Below are positions 11,824 through 24,727 of a stretch of DNA of 64,000 nucleotides, in pieces; position 1 is the first letter of the stretch, and every line of letters begins with the position of its first letter. The DNA is taken from contig OX597842.1 of the NCBI GenBank assembly GCA_951406725.2, forward strand, positions 27,590,001-27,654,000, in the 5' to 3' direction. Made by a program: the position numbers and the translations under genes. Below the pieces are notes generated by a model. It worked only from the letters and a program-made list of their open reading frames with translations. It was not told the DNA's origin and ran no database searches. The DNA comes from Octopus vulgaris. Lineage: Eukaryota.

Positions 11824-13067
11824 ATGTCTCAAAAGAAATCGATTCTTAAAGCTCAAAGGTCTCAAATCACTGCATTATCAAGTGAAGGATTCTCTCAATT
11901 TGAAATTGCAAGAAAACTGAAATGCTTGAGAAAAGATTTCCATCAAAAGGTACAATGCGATAAATTATTTCAAAAATTGTAAAGGACAAGGTCGCAGAAC
12001 GTGTACAACCATGAGGGAAGACAGGTTGCTGAAGAGGACATCACTGGCGGATGGGAAAAATACCTCTTTTGACAAAGCTGCTGAGTTTTGGGTGGCAACA
12101 AAAAAAGATATATCAACTTCAGTGAGAAGAAGAAGGTTATTAGAAGTTGAGTTCAAAGGATGTAAGGCCAAAAAGAAGCTGTTACTGTCTGAGGGGAACA
12201 TGACGAAGCAATTGTGTTGGGCAAAAGAGCATGAAGATTGGACTGCTGATGATTGGGCTAAAATTGTTTGGTCCGATGAAAGTAACTTTGATATATGTTC
12301 TCCACATTCAATTCCACCACTTTACTAGGCATAATTGAAGTTCTTACACTTGTACAAATTTTTTTATTTGTTACCAAAAATGATCAGTAATTTTTTTGTC
12401 TATCTTCAGATCTTTGGAAACTCAGGAGCTGTTTATGTTCACTGTAAAGTAGGGGAGGTTTATCATCCTGGATGTGTGGTCCCAACAGTCAAATTTGGAT
12501 TGGGAAGTGCAATTGTTTGGGGTTGCATGTTGTCTTAAGGCCCTGGAATGTTGTTCACTTGTAAGGGCAGAATGAATGCCTACACTTACACCAACATGTT
12601 AGATCAAGTTTATCAACCTTCTTTAGCTAAAATCTTCAATGATAACACCCCAGATGGCAAAATCATTCAACAAAATATTTCTGCATGCCACACATCCAGA
12701 GTCTCAATGGGTTGGTGAGGAGAAAGGGATGAGGGTGATGAAATGGCCTCCTTAGTCTCCAGACCTCAATCCCATTGAATATGTGGTGACACTTAGGTGC
12801 AAAAATGCTCTTGAAAAAGCGAATTAGAAACCAAAATTCATGGAGAGTGGCAGAAAACTGACCCAGCCACTTGTGCCAACTTAGTCTCAAGTATGCAAAA
12901 ATGCCTAAAAGCACTTATAAAAGCAAAAGGAGGACACATCAAATACTAATTATTGATGGGATCAACTCTAGAATGTTCATCAGACTGTTTTCAATTATTA
13001 AGTAAATGAGTTTCAATCATATTCCCTATTTTATCATAGCTGCTCTATAATTTTGGCCAAGGTTGTA
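11824..13067 (+). mobile_element. Decayed Tc1-family transposase with an apparent intron
   Basis: GR..TT.REDRLL, W..IVWSDESNF, PTVKFG.G...VWGCM, SPDLNPIE, IKAKGGHIKY*; several stops and frameshifts. Confidence 0.85.
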
Positions 13068-13909
13068 TATATTTATCAACAAGGATTTGTGTGTTTGAGT
13101 CACACTGGGAACTCATCTTTTATTTCTATCTCTGTATTGTATGCTAGCATCAATACTTTGTTTAAATATAAATACATGTTCACAGTTCAATACTAATTTA
13201 GTACTGAATGAAAGAAATTTATTGTTCAATATTCTTATACTGAGAGATTCTGTGTATACACCCCAACAAAAGATAACTCCTATCAAACATTAGACTGATG
13301 TAATTGTTTGATATCTTCATAATATGATAAATCATGATGAATTTGTGCAGTTCAACTTTGTAAAATATGTTGAAACTACCCCTGACATCATTTCCCAATT
13401 ACAACATTTTTTATACACACCCAGGCTGATTGACTTAACCGTCAAACTCTGTAAACTTGGTCCTTAAACTCTCAGTTGAGATTTTATCCTTGAATCTCCC
13501 ACTTTACCAAAGCTGACTCTGATGTTCTTGTAAGTAACATTCTCTTTAATTATCAGCTCTCCATGATACTGATAAATCATTAATCACCTCTAATCACTCT
13601 CAATTGAAAGTAAAAGGTTTACAAATAAAACATTGGGGATTTGGTGATATTTCAGTTAGTTACCATTTATCTTATATTATCATTCGTTAGTCTTATGTTG
13701 CAAAGCACAGTCCTTTTGAAGTGTGATCAATCTTCTAATTGGATAAAGACAACGTTTAGTGGATGTAGTGATAGATATACTATCACAAAGAAAGGATCCC
13801 ATTTATGCCAGGTAAGGGCAGATCTGGGTCTCCACTACAATATGAAGTGCATTATTCCATACAAGAAAGTTAATGAGACAACAGACAGATCAAGAAAGAA
13901 TGTTCTTAC

Positions 13910-14052
13910 CAAATCCACTTTTGCTGCGTATGTGTTGTCGACATATGGGGCATTGCTTAAATGTCATTTGAGAACAGCAATTCTGACAAATAACGGTATG
14001 TTGACATGGATAGAGTGTGACAGTAGCCTTTTTCTCTTGACACCACCGACAC
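13910..14052 (-). CDS. Coding exon 8, RING finger C3HC4 (IAP/Mind-bomb-type spacing)
   Basis: CRWC-x11-CQH-x3-CQNC-x8-CPIC; CCACAG| acceptor, G|GTAAGA donor. Confidence 0.92.
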
Positions 14053-14701
14053 CTGTGGAACAAAATATTAACACATCCCATCATTAACATTCATTTATAA
14101 TAAAATATTTCGTTGTGGACATGTTTAGAGTACAGAATATTAAGGGGCACAACAGTAACCAGCAAGAGTAAATCATAAATTCTTCTGTAAACAATTACAT
14201 ACAAGTAGGTTTGTGTGTACAAGTGTCACATTAACATACACATACAAGGGTGGGCTGAAAATATCAAAGGCTGACTAAGGTGCAGCCTTCCAACATGCCA
14301 TCCCAGTCAAACAGTCCAATCCATGCCAGCATGGACAACAGACGTTAAATGATGATGATGATGATGACATACACATTGTTAGTGTGTGTTTTAGGTTATT
14401 TTCACATGAAAGCGTACATGACAACTGATTGAGTCAGAGAAGAGAGAGAGAAAAAATTGTTGGTAGACAGATAAATCCTATTTACTTCTAAATAGCAATT
14501 TCAAAATGTGTTCGTTCACTTTATTATTTAGTACTACATTTTCATGGAGGTCACCGAACTCTAAAATAGTCAGGGATGGATGGTGAGGTATATCTGTCAA
14601 CACAAGCAATCATGTGAATGTCATCAAAATAGTGTTTTTCGTTTGATCCACTAACAACTGTATTTTCTGTTTATTGTTCTTATTATTGTTGTGTGGTCTT
14701 A

Positions 14702-14900
14702 AGGCTGCAAGCTGGCAGAATCATTAGCACACAGAGCAAAATGCTTTCTGGCATTCTGTCTGCCTTTACATGCTGAGTTCAAATTCAGCTGCGGTTGACT
14801 TTACCTTGCTGTTGATAAAATAAGTACCAGTTGAAAACTGGGGATGTTGTAATTGACTTATCCCCTCCCTGACCTTGCTGGCCTTGTGCCAGAATTGGAA
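14702..14900 (+). mobile_element. Old tRNA-derived SINE (OR-like)
   Basis: Diverged copy of the 11051 SINE. Confidence 0.7.
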
Positions 14901-15041
14901 ATCATTATTGTTGTCTTGAGTCAAGACACTAATGACGGAATAATACATTGGGAGAATTCAAACTAAATAAACATATAAACATGATTATATACAAAAGAGA
15001 AAATGTCCTGGTTTATCTTGTCGTTGCCAGTGAGTACTTAC

Positions 15042-15216
15042 AGTGATTGTAAAAATGTTTTTAATTTTTCTTTCAAATGTTGATTTTTATGCAGTCCAAT
15101 GGGGTCACTTTCTTATCATTACGATGGTATAAGCTGGCTCCATGGCTGGCAAGATAACTCAAAACTACTATTCCAGAGAGCCTCCTATCCATGTCCAGTT
15201 GGAGCTCTCTGCAGCA
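15042..15216 (-). CDS. Coding exon 7, last ankyrin repeat and linker (…YLASHGASLYHRNDKKVTPLD…) with a -1 frameshift
   Basis: TTGCAG| acceptor, CT|GTAAGT donor; frame is restored by one extra A in the A5 run at 15084-15088. Confidence 0.8.
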
Positions 15217-16227
15217 CTGCAAATGATGAAATATAAAACGATGAGTAGAATATTACACAAATATATATTGTAGATAAACAAATCATGTCAAATGTAGGAA
15301 ATATAATGGAACAAGTATCACAAATAACAGAACACAACAAACCAACAAGAACCTATCTTTTACAACAGGCTTGATAAAGCCAACTGGCCAGAACAAAAGA
15401 AATACTTATAGAAGAGTATTGTATATATAAATATAACACAACAACATAACAACAATGGCAAGCTACATTTTGTTACACAAAAGCCATTTTAATTACCATG
15501 GGGGTCGTGTGATGGTCTATGGTCACTCAAGATTTTCTGTAATTCCTTGTGGAGATTTTAACTGGTTGCAACAAGAAGTATTTTTTTAACTACATATATA
15601 CTCCTACTTGAATTTGTTTACCATCTGCAAAACTGCCATCAAAACTCAGATTTTTGACATCTTCAGATCTGCATCTATGAAAGCAGTCATCCATATTTTC
15701 CTAATGGTAATTTCGATAATCCAAATATTGATTGGGAAACCTTTCACTGGTCACAAAGTGCAACTCATTTCCATAACAACAAACAATGAACAGAGAACAC
15801 CAAGAACATAATAATTTCTTCAGACACAGCAACAAAACCAACACCAGACAGACATATCCAAGCACATCAATAATGTTTCCAAAATTTATAAAGAAACATT
15901 TTTGGCTGATGAAGTGAAGTAAAGATTGGTGTGGTGGTTGAGGCAACACACCAACACATTATAGTCAAGAAATTGTTGAAACTGTTAGTCTGATAGACAA
16001 TTCCTATAATAATGGGTCGTTGACTGGTAGAGTAGCTTCTTCTCACCAAAGTAGACATTACAACAATACACAGGTGACCATCAACTGTCTGAAATACATT
16101 CACACATCTGTAGTGACCGTTACATATTTGGGAATCAAAGAGTTGCTTAAATTCTGCAACAACAGACAAAAAACACCATCAGATCTACCAGTGGATAGAT
16201 GCTGAGGTCTTTCAAACAAACAAACAA

Positions 16228-16269
<42 letters not shown>

Positions 16270-16271
16270 GC

Positions 16272-16415
16272 ACCTAGAAGTAGTTGATAGCTACTGTTAT
16301 CTAGGTAATCAAGTCAGTAGTGGAGGTGGATGTGCCAAGAGCATAGCTGCTAGAATAAGATTAAGCAGGGCAAAGTTCAGAGAGCTTCTATCTTTCTTGG
16401 TAACAAAGGGCCTCT
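16272..16415 (+). mobile_element. RTE LINE internal fragment
   Basis: LEVVDSYCYLGNQVSSGGGC...AKFRELL. Confidence 0.75.
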
Positions 16416-17174
16416 ATGACTATCTGTCTAATTACATCGTCATTCATACAATCTTGTGACATCACACTTTTGTGCGCACATCTTAATGTAAATTCATTCT
16501 CATCACATCTCTCTTCTTTACAATCATTACAAGGGGTATTACTGTAGTCAATGTATACACAAACACCAAGCCCTGGCAATATTTGGAACCCTAATTATCA
16601 ACTTTGAATAAACTCAGTTATATATTCATTATCATACTGATAAAAGAAACTTTCCTCGAAGTCCATGAATATATTTTCTTTAAATTTAATTGTCCATGAA
16701 CGAATTTATTTTCCTTTTCCTTTCTTTGAAAAAGAATAATGAAATATACTTTCTCGCAATTAACACAGTTCAACTCGTTTAACTTGAAATTCGATATTTA
16801 AAACAGTTTGTGAATTTCTCTTTCTTAAATTTAAAGACTTATCTCTGTCGTTGGTCACCTCTCCTTCATACAGTTATGGCAGTGTTTACATGACACATAT
16901 TTAAGATGGGTTACCTTCTTTACAGTGGAGTGGCCATGCTTTTGAAGGTGAAAGAAGATGGAATATTGTTAGTTACATAATACAACTAGTGCTATCAGGA
17001 GAAACTGGATTATTTAATACTAAAGGAAGAGAAGTGGATGGGAGTGAAAGAAAATAGCAAACAATGTCTGCCTGTTTCTCTATTTCTCTCTCTTTCTCTC
17101 ACTCACACATACACACATCCTCCTCATCATCATTTTACATTCGTTTTCGATGCTGGCATAGGTCGGATGGTTTG

Positions 17175-17490
17175 GGAGGCTTAGTGGTTAGGGCATTCGG
17201 TTCATGATCGTAAGGTTGTGAGTTCGATTCCCGGCGACGCGTTGTGTCCTTGAGCAAGACACTTTATTTCACGTTGCTCCAGTCCACTCAGCTGGCAAAA
17301 ATGAGTTGTACTTGTATTTCAAAGGGTCAGCCTTGTCACTCTCTGTGTCACGCTGATTATCCCCGAGAACTACGTTAAGGGTACACGTGTCTGTGGAATG
17401 CTCAGCCATTTGCACGTTAATTTCACGAGCAAGCTGTTCCGTTGATCGTATCAGCTGGGACCCTCGTCGTCGTAACCGACAGAGTCTTTA
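17175..17490 (+). mobile_element. Second tRNA-derived SINE family
   Basis: TAGTGGTTAG...GAGTTCGATTCCC boxes then GTGTCCTTGAGCAAGACACTT; related copies at ~34335-34590 and ~39700-39970. Confidence 0.8.
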
Positions 17491-17537
17491 GAATGCCAAC
17501 CACACACACACATTCACAAACAATTTTAAAAACTTAC

Positions 17538-17748
17538 CTCATCTAAAATGGAAATATGTTCCTCCTCAGAATGAAATTCCTTTTTCTCTGCTGCAATATG
17601 CAAACAATTATTGCCATCCTTGTCAACGGCATTTATGTTTGCATCCGCACGTGATCATTTTATGAACTATTCCGAGGTGGGCTGCATACACGGCTTCCAG
17701 TAAGGGTGTTTTTTTATCATCGTTCTCAATATCCAGTTTCACTGAATC
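17538..17748 (-). CDS. Coding exon 6, ankyrin (DSVKLDIENDDKKTPLLEAV...GANINAVDKDGNNCLHIAA...) with a +1 frameshift
   Basis: ANK motifs lie in two frames either side of GGA-T-GCA at ~17643; GAG|GTAAGT donor. Confidence 0.85.
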
Positions 17749-18509
17749 CTTTGTGGAAGTAAAAATAGAAATTGAAAATGTACATGAAAATTAGGGTGGA
17801 TGTGACATTGCTGTCTTCTACTGGGTACTTGATCAACCTGATCATGTACATTTGATGTTTGTTAGTGTAGTCAACCTTCTGTAAGGTCCCTCTATAACAC
17901 GCTATGGATATTTGTTAGGGACATGATAAATCTATTAAGATGTCATAAACAGATTGTTTCAGCCTCATCTTCATTTATCCCTCACTATATAGTATGTTTT
18001 AGGGGACTAGAACAAGAGTGAAAATATAATTAGCAGATCAAGTCTAGTAAAGACGAATTATATACTTAGTGTAAGCCTTTCATGTTGCTATGTTAATAAG
18101 GGATCCATAAAACGGGGGAGTTGGTTAGTGTCCACATCCTTACATCACTGTACATATAGATGCATAAATATATTAACGTTATGGATGTAACATGCACACA
18201 CACACACATATATATATACACACACATATATATATACACACACACATATATATACACACACACATATATATACACACACACACACATATTCATATAACAA
18301 TCAAAATTGCCACTGAAAATATATATATATAATATATAAATATATGCATATATACATAAATATATGTACATACCTACATATATATATATATGTATATATA
18401 TACATGCATATATGGGTACAAGACATAAAAAAAACGAACACAATGAGAAACGAAAACATAGAAATGAACTTTTCTTCGAACAACTAAAAAAAACAAACAG
18501 ATCTTTTGG

Positions 18510-19600
18510 ATCCACTTTAGACAGCCTCTCCTTCTCTCACGCGTTCTCTACATTTAGGAGCCTTTCATAGTGGCACTTCCAAGCCTATTTCTTTGCAGAG
18601 TCACTAACTGCAAGGGAGCCATCATCCATGTGAACACACTTCTCTCCCACAACATCACAATTTTCCTTGGCAAGCCAAAACACTTCAAATCTCTGCTCCT
18701 CACATTGCAAGACACTGGCAAACTTCTTCCTTTCTGCTTCACTCATGGCTGAGTATACCTGCTTCCTAGCTTCCTTTCTAACTGCCTGATATAACTCCCA
18801 GCTGCCACCACCCTTCCCATCCTTGTCCCTGTCAGTTACCCTTTTCCACCACCACATCACCCTATGCCTGGCTGGGACATTGCACCAGCCACAAATTTGG
18901 TCTGAAACTCTCAGCAAGTTGTCCCATTGGAACTTCCAGTTATCCTCAATGCTGCAAGTCTGAAATTCCTCCTCCTTCCCATTATATGCTTCATTTAGGA
19001 CATCACTAAATTTCTGACTAATTGAAGGTTCCTTCAGCTTCCATACTCTTCTTTTCCAAACTGGCTTGCTTCTTGGAATCCTTCAAGCCAGTAGCTTGAA
19101 CTCCCTAATGAGTAACCTATGCTGTGGGCTACATTCTTCTCTATTGAAGGCCTTTGCATTTATGAGCAGACATGAATCCTGCTTTTGGGTGAGAATGTAG
19201 TCAGTTTGGTGAGCGTGTACCTTGGATTTATAGGTTAGCAAGTGGCTGGCCGGCTTTCTGAAGCAAGTGTTGCGATTATTTGGTCATTTGCACCACAGAA
19301 CTCCAGTAGCCTTGCACTCCCCTCATTTCAGGAACCAAATCTGTGTCCCCCATGGAAGATACCTTGGTGCTGCCCAAAATATCCATTGAAATCACTGGCC
19401 ACGAAGATAAGGTCACAGTCATTTATCTTTGAAGTGGCCAGCAGAAGAGTGTCATAGAAGTAGCCCTTCAGTTCATTTGGCAGACCCAGTTGTCTGTGTG
19501 TGTGTGGGGAGGAGCGCATAGGACGAGATGATTGTTGCTGTGCCTACATTGACTGCAGCTATCAGCATCTGAAAAGGTTGTTTATGGACACCTGTAAATA
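18510..19600 (-). mobile_element. RTE LINE fragment (APE endonuclease C-terminal half and linker)
   Basis: ISSYAP, ASDFNG, NTCFRK, DYIL, QHRLL and WWW motifs, with stops. Confidence 0.8.
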
Positions 19601-19921
19601 GGAGTTAATCAGGTATTGTCACCACCAGCAGTGGAGGGTGCCGCATCCTGGCATTTATGCAATGCAATGTTAATACAAATACAGGTAAATAAGTTAGGTA
19701 GACAAATACAGTAAGGGTAGTTAATCTGTTGAGTTAGGTAGGGAGAGGACAAGAGTAGTTGATTCATCATGTATTGATGGTAATGGATTAATTAAGCAAT
19801 AGGGACTGAGTGCAGCGTACCCTCATTTAGCTTTGTTGCTGGGGACAAGGACTTTTAACTTTTCCCTGCTGCATAATCTCAGCATGTAATGTGTCTGGTA
19901 CGAATAACACTGTGTGTACAT

Positions 19922-19956
<35 letters not shown>

Positions 19957-20401
19957 CATACAGACACATTTATACATATGTACAGAGAGGAAAAAGTAGC
20001 CAAATAAATTATTGGACACAAGATAAAATGCCGACACCAACAATGTACATATATAACATATCACACACACATACAACATGACAGAGCGATATTAAAAGAT
20101 GATGATGATGATGATAGTATATATAATCTGATATATATGGGTTGAATTCATAATGACCTTGTTTTGTCTGACCATTGAAGATAGTACTGTCAGCAGTGGT
20201 GGTCAGTTGGACTGTCAACACCACTACTACTGTCATCATTGTTATCACCAATATAATTATTCTTCACAGACCCAAGACCTGCCGTTTAAAGGCTGCTGCA
20301 GTGAAGTTGATTAAACCCACCCAGCAGAATTTCACTGGTATTTTGATGATATTAATATTGAATATTAAAGACAAGATATAATTATATATTTGTTAACTAA
20401 C

Positions 20402-20438
20402 CTGGGCCAGCATTGAAGCCACCACATCATGGTGTTGC
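20402..20438 (-). CDS. Coding exon 5 (QHHDVVASMLAQ), second helix of an ankyrin repeat
   Basis: TTTCAG| acceptor, CAG|GTTAGT donor; phases bridge exons 4 and 6. Confidence 0.75.
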
Positions 20439-20554
20439 CTGAAAGTTATAGAAAGAGGAAAGGAAAAAAATAATTATAATCAGATTAATTAAAACAAATG
20501 TAATTGGGTCATTACAACCTAATTACATCAATAATTACTTACACACATATACAT

Positions 20555-20627
20555 ATTATACATGTGTGTATGTATGTATATGTATATATATATATATATG
20601 TATACACACACATACATACATATATAT

Positions 20628-20692
<65 letters not shown>

Positions 20693-21054
20693 CACACATA
20701 CATACATATATATATATATAACACACATACATACATATATATACACACATACATACATATATATATATACACACATACATACATACATATATATACACAC
20801 ATACATACATACATATATATACACACATACATACATATATATATATACACACACATACATACATATATATACACACATACATACATATATATATATACAC
20901 ACACATACATACATACATATATATATATATAAACACATACATACATACATATATATATATACACACATACATACATATATAAACACACATACATACATAT
21001 ATACACATACATACATATATACACACATACATACATACATACACACATACATAC

Positions 21055-21087
<33 letters not shown>

Positions 21088-21090
21088 TAC

Positions 21091-21142
<52 letters not shown>
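20555..21142. repeat. Compound (TA)/(CA)/(TACA) microsatellite
   Basis: Direct reading. Confidence 0.95.
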
Positions 21143-21145
<3 letters not shown>

Positions 21146-22290
21146 AAATAAGAAAATGGAGAAATACACCTTAATCAATAATCAACTACCAGATAATACC
21201 CAATCACATAATTTATTAACCAACTACATATGAACATCAAGGTCAAACATAATAGTACAGAACAAAACAATGCACATCAATGAGTAATATGATACAATAA
21301 GTAAAGGAACCGAAACATGTAAAATTCATAAGAAAATTTAAATTTATCGAATATAGTAGCGTTTTCAAACCTCTTTTTTACAAATATATATACATATATA
21401 AACAAATACATATACCCGAAAACAACCACGCACACATATATGTATATATATACATACACATACATACTGTTAACTAAAATAGTATTAAGAATCATTAAAA
21501 TTAAGATAATATTAATTGTTAATACAACGAAAGGGGTTGGAAGGGTAATTCGTAATATACAAAAAAGAGGGGCCTAAAAGGGTAGAAAAAGGTAAGGGTT
21601 AATAAAAGGCAAAGGTTGGGAAATATTGAGATAAAATTTATAAGAAGGGTATAAACTCAAAACCCAGATTTACCATAACCAGTGTAAAGAAGATGTAGGT
21701 TATTTGCATAAGATACATAATTAAAAATTACACCACATATTCCGTAAACAATCAGAAGACTAGGAAACCGTCCAGATATCAACACTTGTAAATTTTATCT
21801 GAATATTTTCCAACAGTAATCAGACACAAGAACAGGAGTAAAGAGGGAGGACAATTTATTAAATGAACCCCTGGATATTACTGGTACAGATTTTGACCCC
21901 AGGAGTTGAACTTGGAACACAAACGGATCAAAGTAAGGGGATGATTCTGCATTTAGCCCAAGGCCAGAGGAAAGAGGAAAATTTCAAGAGAAGGGGGGGA
22001 GGTGTTTTACATGGAATGAAAGGAAGAAGGGAGAGGATTTGAACCTGTAACGTTGAGGTAACGAAGGATGAGATGAAGTAAAGAATCCAGTCAGGTAACA
22101 ACAACAACAACAATAATTATGATGATTAATTAATGAAGTTAGATTACAGTGTCATTAGAGTGTGAGAGAGAGAGAGAGAGAGAGGTGAAGCATGACGACC
22201 CATGGTGGGATTATGACATGAATGACTCGAAACAAGAAAACAAAGATTAAAGAAACAGATTTGGATAATCCAAATCCATTGGGGACTTAC

Positions 22291-22751
22291 TTTTGAACTG
22301 CCAGATGGAGAGGGGTGTCACCCTTGAGGTTCACCTTATTGGCATCGATGCCTTTCTGTTTCAGGAGAAAATCAACAACTTCCGTGCGTCCATGAGTAGA
22401 GGCAAGATGTAGAGGGGTGTGACCATGGTTGGTCTCAGCTTTAACATCCGTGTCTTTATGTTGCAGGAGAAGTTCAACAACGTCCTTGCTTCCATAGCGA
22501 CAGGCAAGATGGAGAGCTGTCCAACCTTTGTTCTCCACAGCTTTAACATCCGTGCCATTCTGTTGCAGGAGAAGTTCAACAACGTCCTTGCTTCCATAGC
22601 CCGAGGCAAGATGGAGAGCTGTCCAACCTTTGTTCTCCACAGCTTTAACATCCGTGTCTTTATGTTGCAGGAGAAGTTCAACAACGTCCTTTCTTCCATA
22701 TTCACAGGCAACATGGAGAGCTGTTGCACTAATATTATTTCGCTGATTAAC
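22291..22751 (-). CDS. Coding exon 4, ~4.5 ankyrin repeats including near-identical 102-nt units
   Basis: TTTTAG| acceptor, AA|GTAAGT donor; repeated GWTALHLA..YGSKDVVELLLQ. Confidence 0.92.
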
Positions 22752-23203
22752 CTAAAAAAGATAAACAATAAAGACATTAAAGATGGTGTTTATTGGGGAA
22801 AGAAGGAAAAAAATGAAAAATGTCAGAAAAACAGAATCAGATTAATTTAAACAGGTGGAATGAAGGTTGGGGGAAAATAAATGAGATTTATAATGTATCT
22901 ATACACACACACATATGTGTATGCATATATATATATATACACTCTCGCACATACATATATACATAAATACCTATATATACATACGTGTTTTATATCTTCA
23001 CGGATCATTTGTTTATGCATTTTTGTGTATATATGCGTTTATGTGTGTGTATATTTGTGTATGTATGTACAGGTCTGTGTGAGCTGAAGAAAAGTTTTTA
23101 ATTAAAAACATATAAATATAAACTGTTTCATATACATATAACACAAACCAACATACATATCATTATACACACACACACAATATATATATATATATTCGCT
23201 GAC

Positions 23204-23360
23204 CTGTAAATTGTTATTTTCTTTGCTATTTAACAGGACTTTGACTACATCTTCATAGTTCTTCCTCACAGCCCGATGTAGAGGTGTGTTGCCCCTTGAG
23301 GTCTGCTTATTAACATTTGCTCCACTGGAGACTAAGAAGGCCACAGAATCCGTTCGGTGG
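23204..23360 (-). CDS. Coding exon 3, ankyrin (HRTDSVAFLVSSGANVNKQTSRGNTPLHRAV...)
   Basis: TTTCAG| acceptor, CAG|GTCAG donor; phase fits exon 2. Confidence 0.9.
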
Positions 23361-23516
23361 CTGAAAGGAAGAAAAAGAAACATAAAACATCACATTCACT
23401 TAATAATTACATCAAATATACACTCGTGTTCCATTAAATGCATAAAAACCTATGTATACTACAGCCTCGTGTGTGTATATATATATATATATATGTGCAA
23501 ATATGTATTATGTAAA

Positions 23517-24234
23517 GGCAAACCTACACAAATGTGCCCCAGGCGAATGTTTCCTTGTAACTTCTAGAAAAATGGATGTTTTTCAATGAAATTTCTTTCA
23601 CAAATATCCTTCAGATGGCAAATATTCCAATTATATCGGAATTTGTTGTAGAAAAACCTTTTCGGTGGGTGGAGAGAGAAATTTAGGAAAGTTCACCCGA
23701 GTCGGCTTTCTTTCCAAAAAAATAGATATTTTCAAATGAAATTTTCAATAAAACCGTTTCAGATGGTGAAGATTTCGATTATATCGGAATTTAATATGAA
23801 GAAAATTATAAAAATTGGTGGATTCGCACAGATATACACTGACACAAAACAGAAAATAAAAAGATGAACTTTGGGAAAATAACCGTGATGTGTGTCAGTA
23901 TGTATGTGTGCGAAACCATCAAATTTTTAAAGTTTTTTCATGTTAAATTCCGATATAATCCTAATCTACACCATTTGAAAGGGATTTGTAGAAATTTTCA
24001 CAGAAACAAAATATCCACTTTTCTGAAAGTTATAGAAAAACAAAACGGATTTGGGTGAATTTTGAGAAAGTCAACTCCTCAACGTTTGAAAATTTGTTTT
24101 TACAATTTCCGATATAATTGGAATCTTCATCATCTGAAGCATTTTTGTCAAAGAAATTTCATTAAAAAATATCCATTTGTCTCAAAGTTATAAGGAAACA
24201 AATTCGTCGTGGGGCCCAGTTGTGTAGGTATGCC
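23517..24234. mobile_element. MITE-like inverted-repeat element with internal sub-repeats
   Basis: GGCAAACCTACACAA... / ...TTGTGTAGGTATGCC; arms contain repeated CAGATGG..ATT.C.ATTATATCGGAAT modules. No clear TSD. Confidence 0.7.
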
Positions 24235-24727
24235 TATACATATGGACGCATATATATATTTATATATATAAGCCTGTCTCGCGTTTTCGGCATTTCCTGT
24301 TTCATTAAGTTTTTTTTCTATTTCGAACCTCGCCCTGCCATAGAGATTTCTCCCTCGTGGGGTCTCCCTTCTCTCTCTCTCTTTCCCCCTCTTCTATCTA
24401 ACACGCCAATCGTCCCCCCCCCCACCGAAAAACCCCTAATCTCTATATAAACCAGTGTTTGCTCGGTTCCTGCCTCTACTCGATTCCTCATTGCTTTGCT
24501 TCGGATGATAAACTTGGATTTCAGAAATGTGCAGCTAAGATAACCTTGTTTCATTACCGTTTAGGCGCTGATCTCGAACCCCGATACCTTCTCCCCTCTC
24601 CATTAACTATCTCCCTCCTCTCTATTTTAAGAATTTTAACCAATGAAATCCCAACATCTTCGAATTTTAACCAATGAAATCCCAGCATTGCTGCGTTATC
24701 GATATTGATAAAGAAATATAGCAGAAA

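Noticed and set aside
13641-14087. 148-aa plus-strand ORF
   Set aside because: Antisense shadow of the RING exon with no recognisable motif.
15084-17645. Compensating frameshifts giving a full-length protein, or stop rescue by RNA editing
   Set aside because: The shifted frame has at least two stops (TGA, TAA) and destroys the ankyrin motifs.
20504-21233. Long YI/HT/CV-rich ORFs (also 24.5-28.2, 45-46, 58 and 62-63 kb)
   Set aside because: Stop-free translations of microsatellites; no coding signal.
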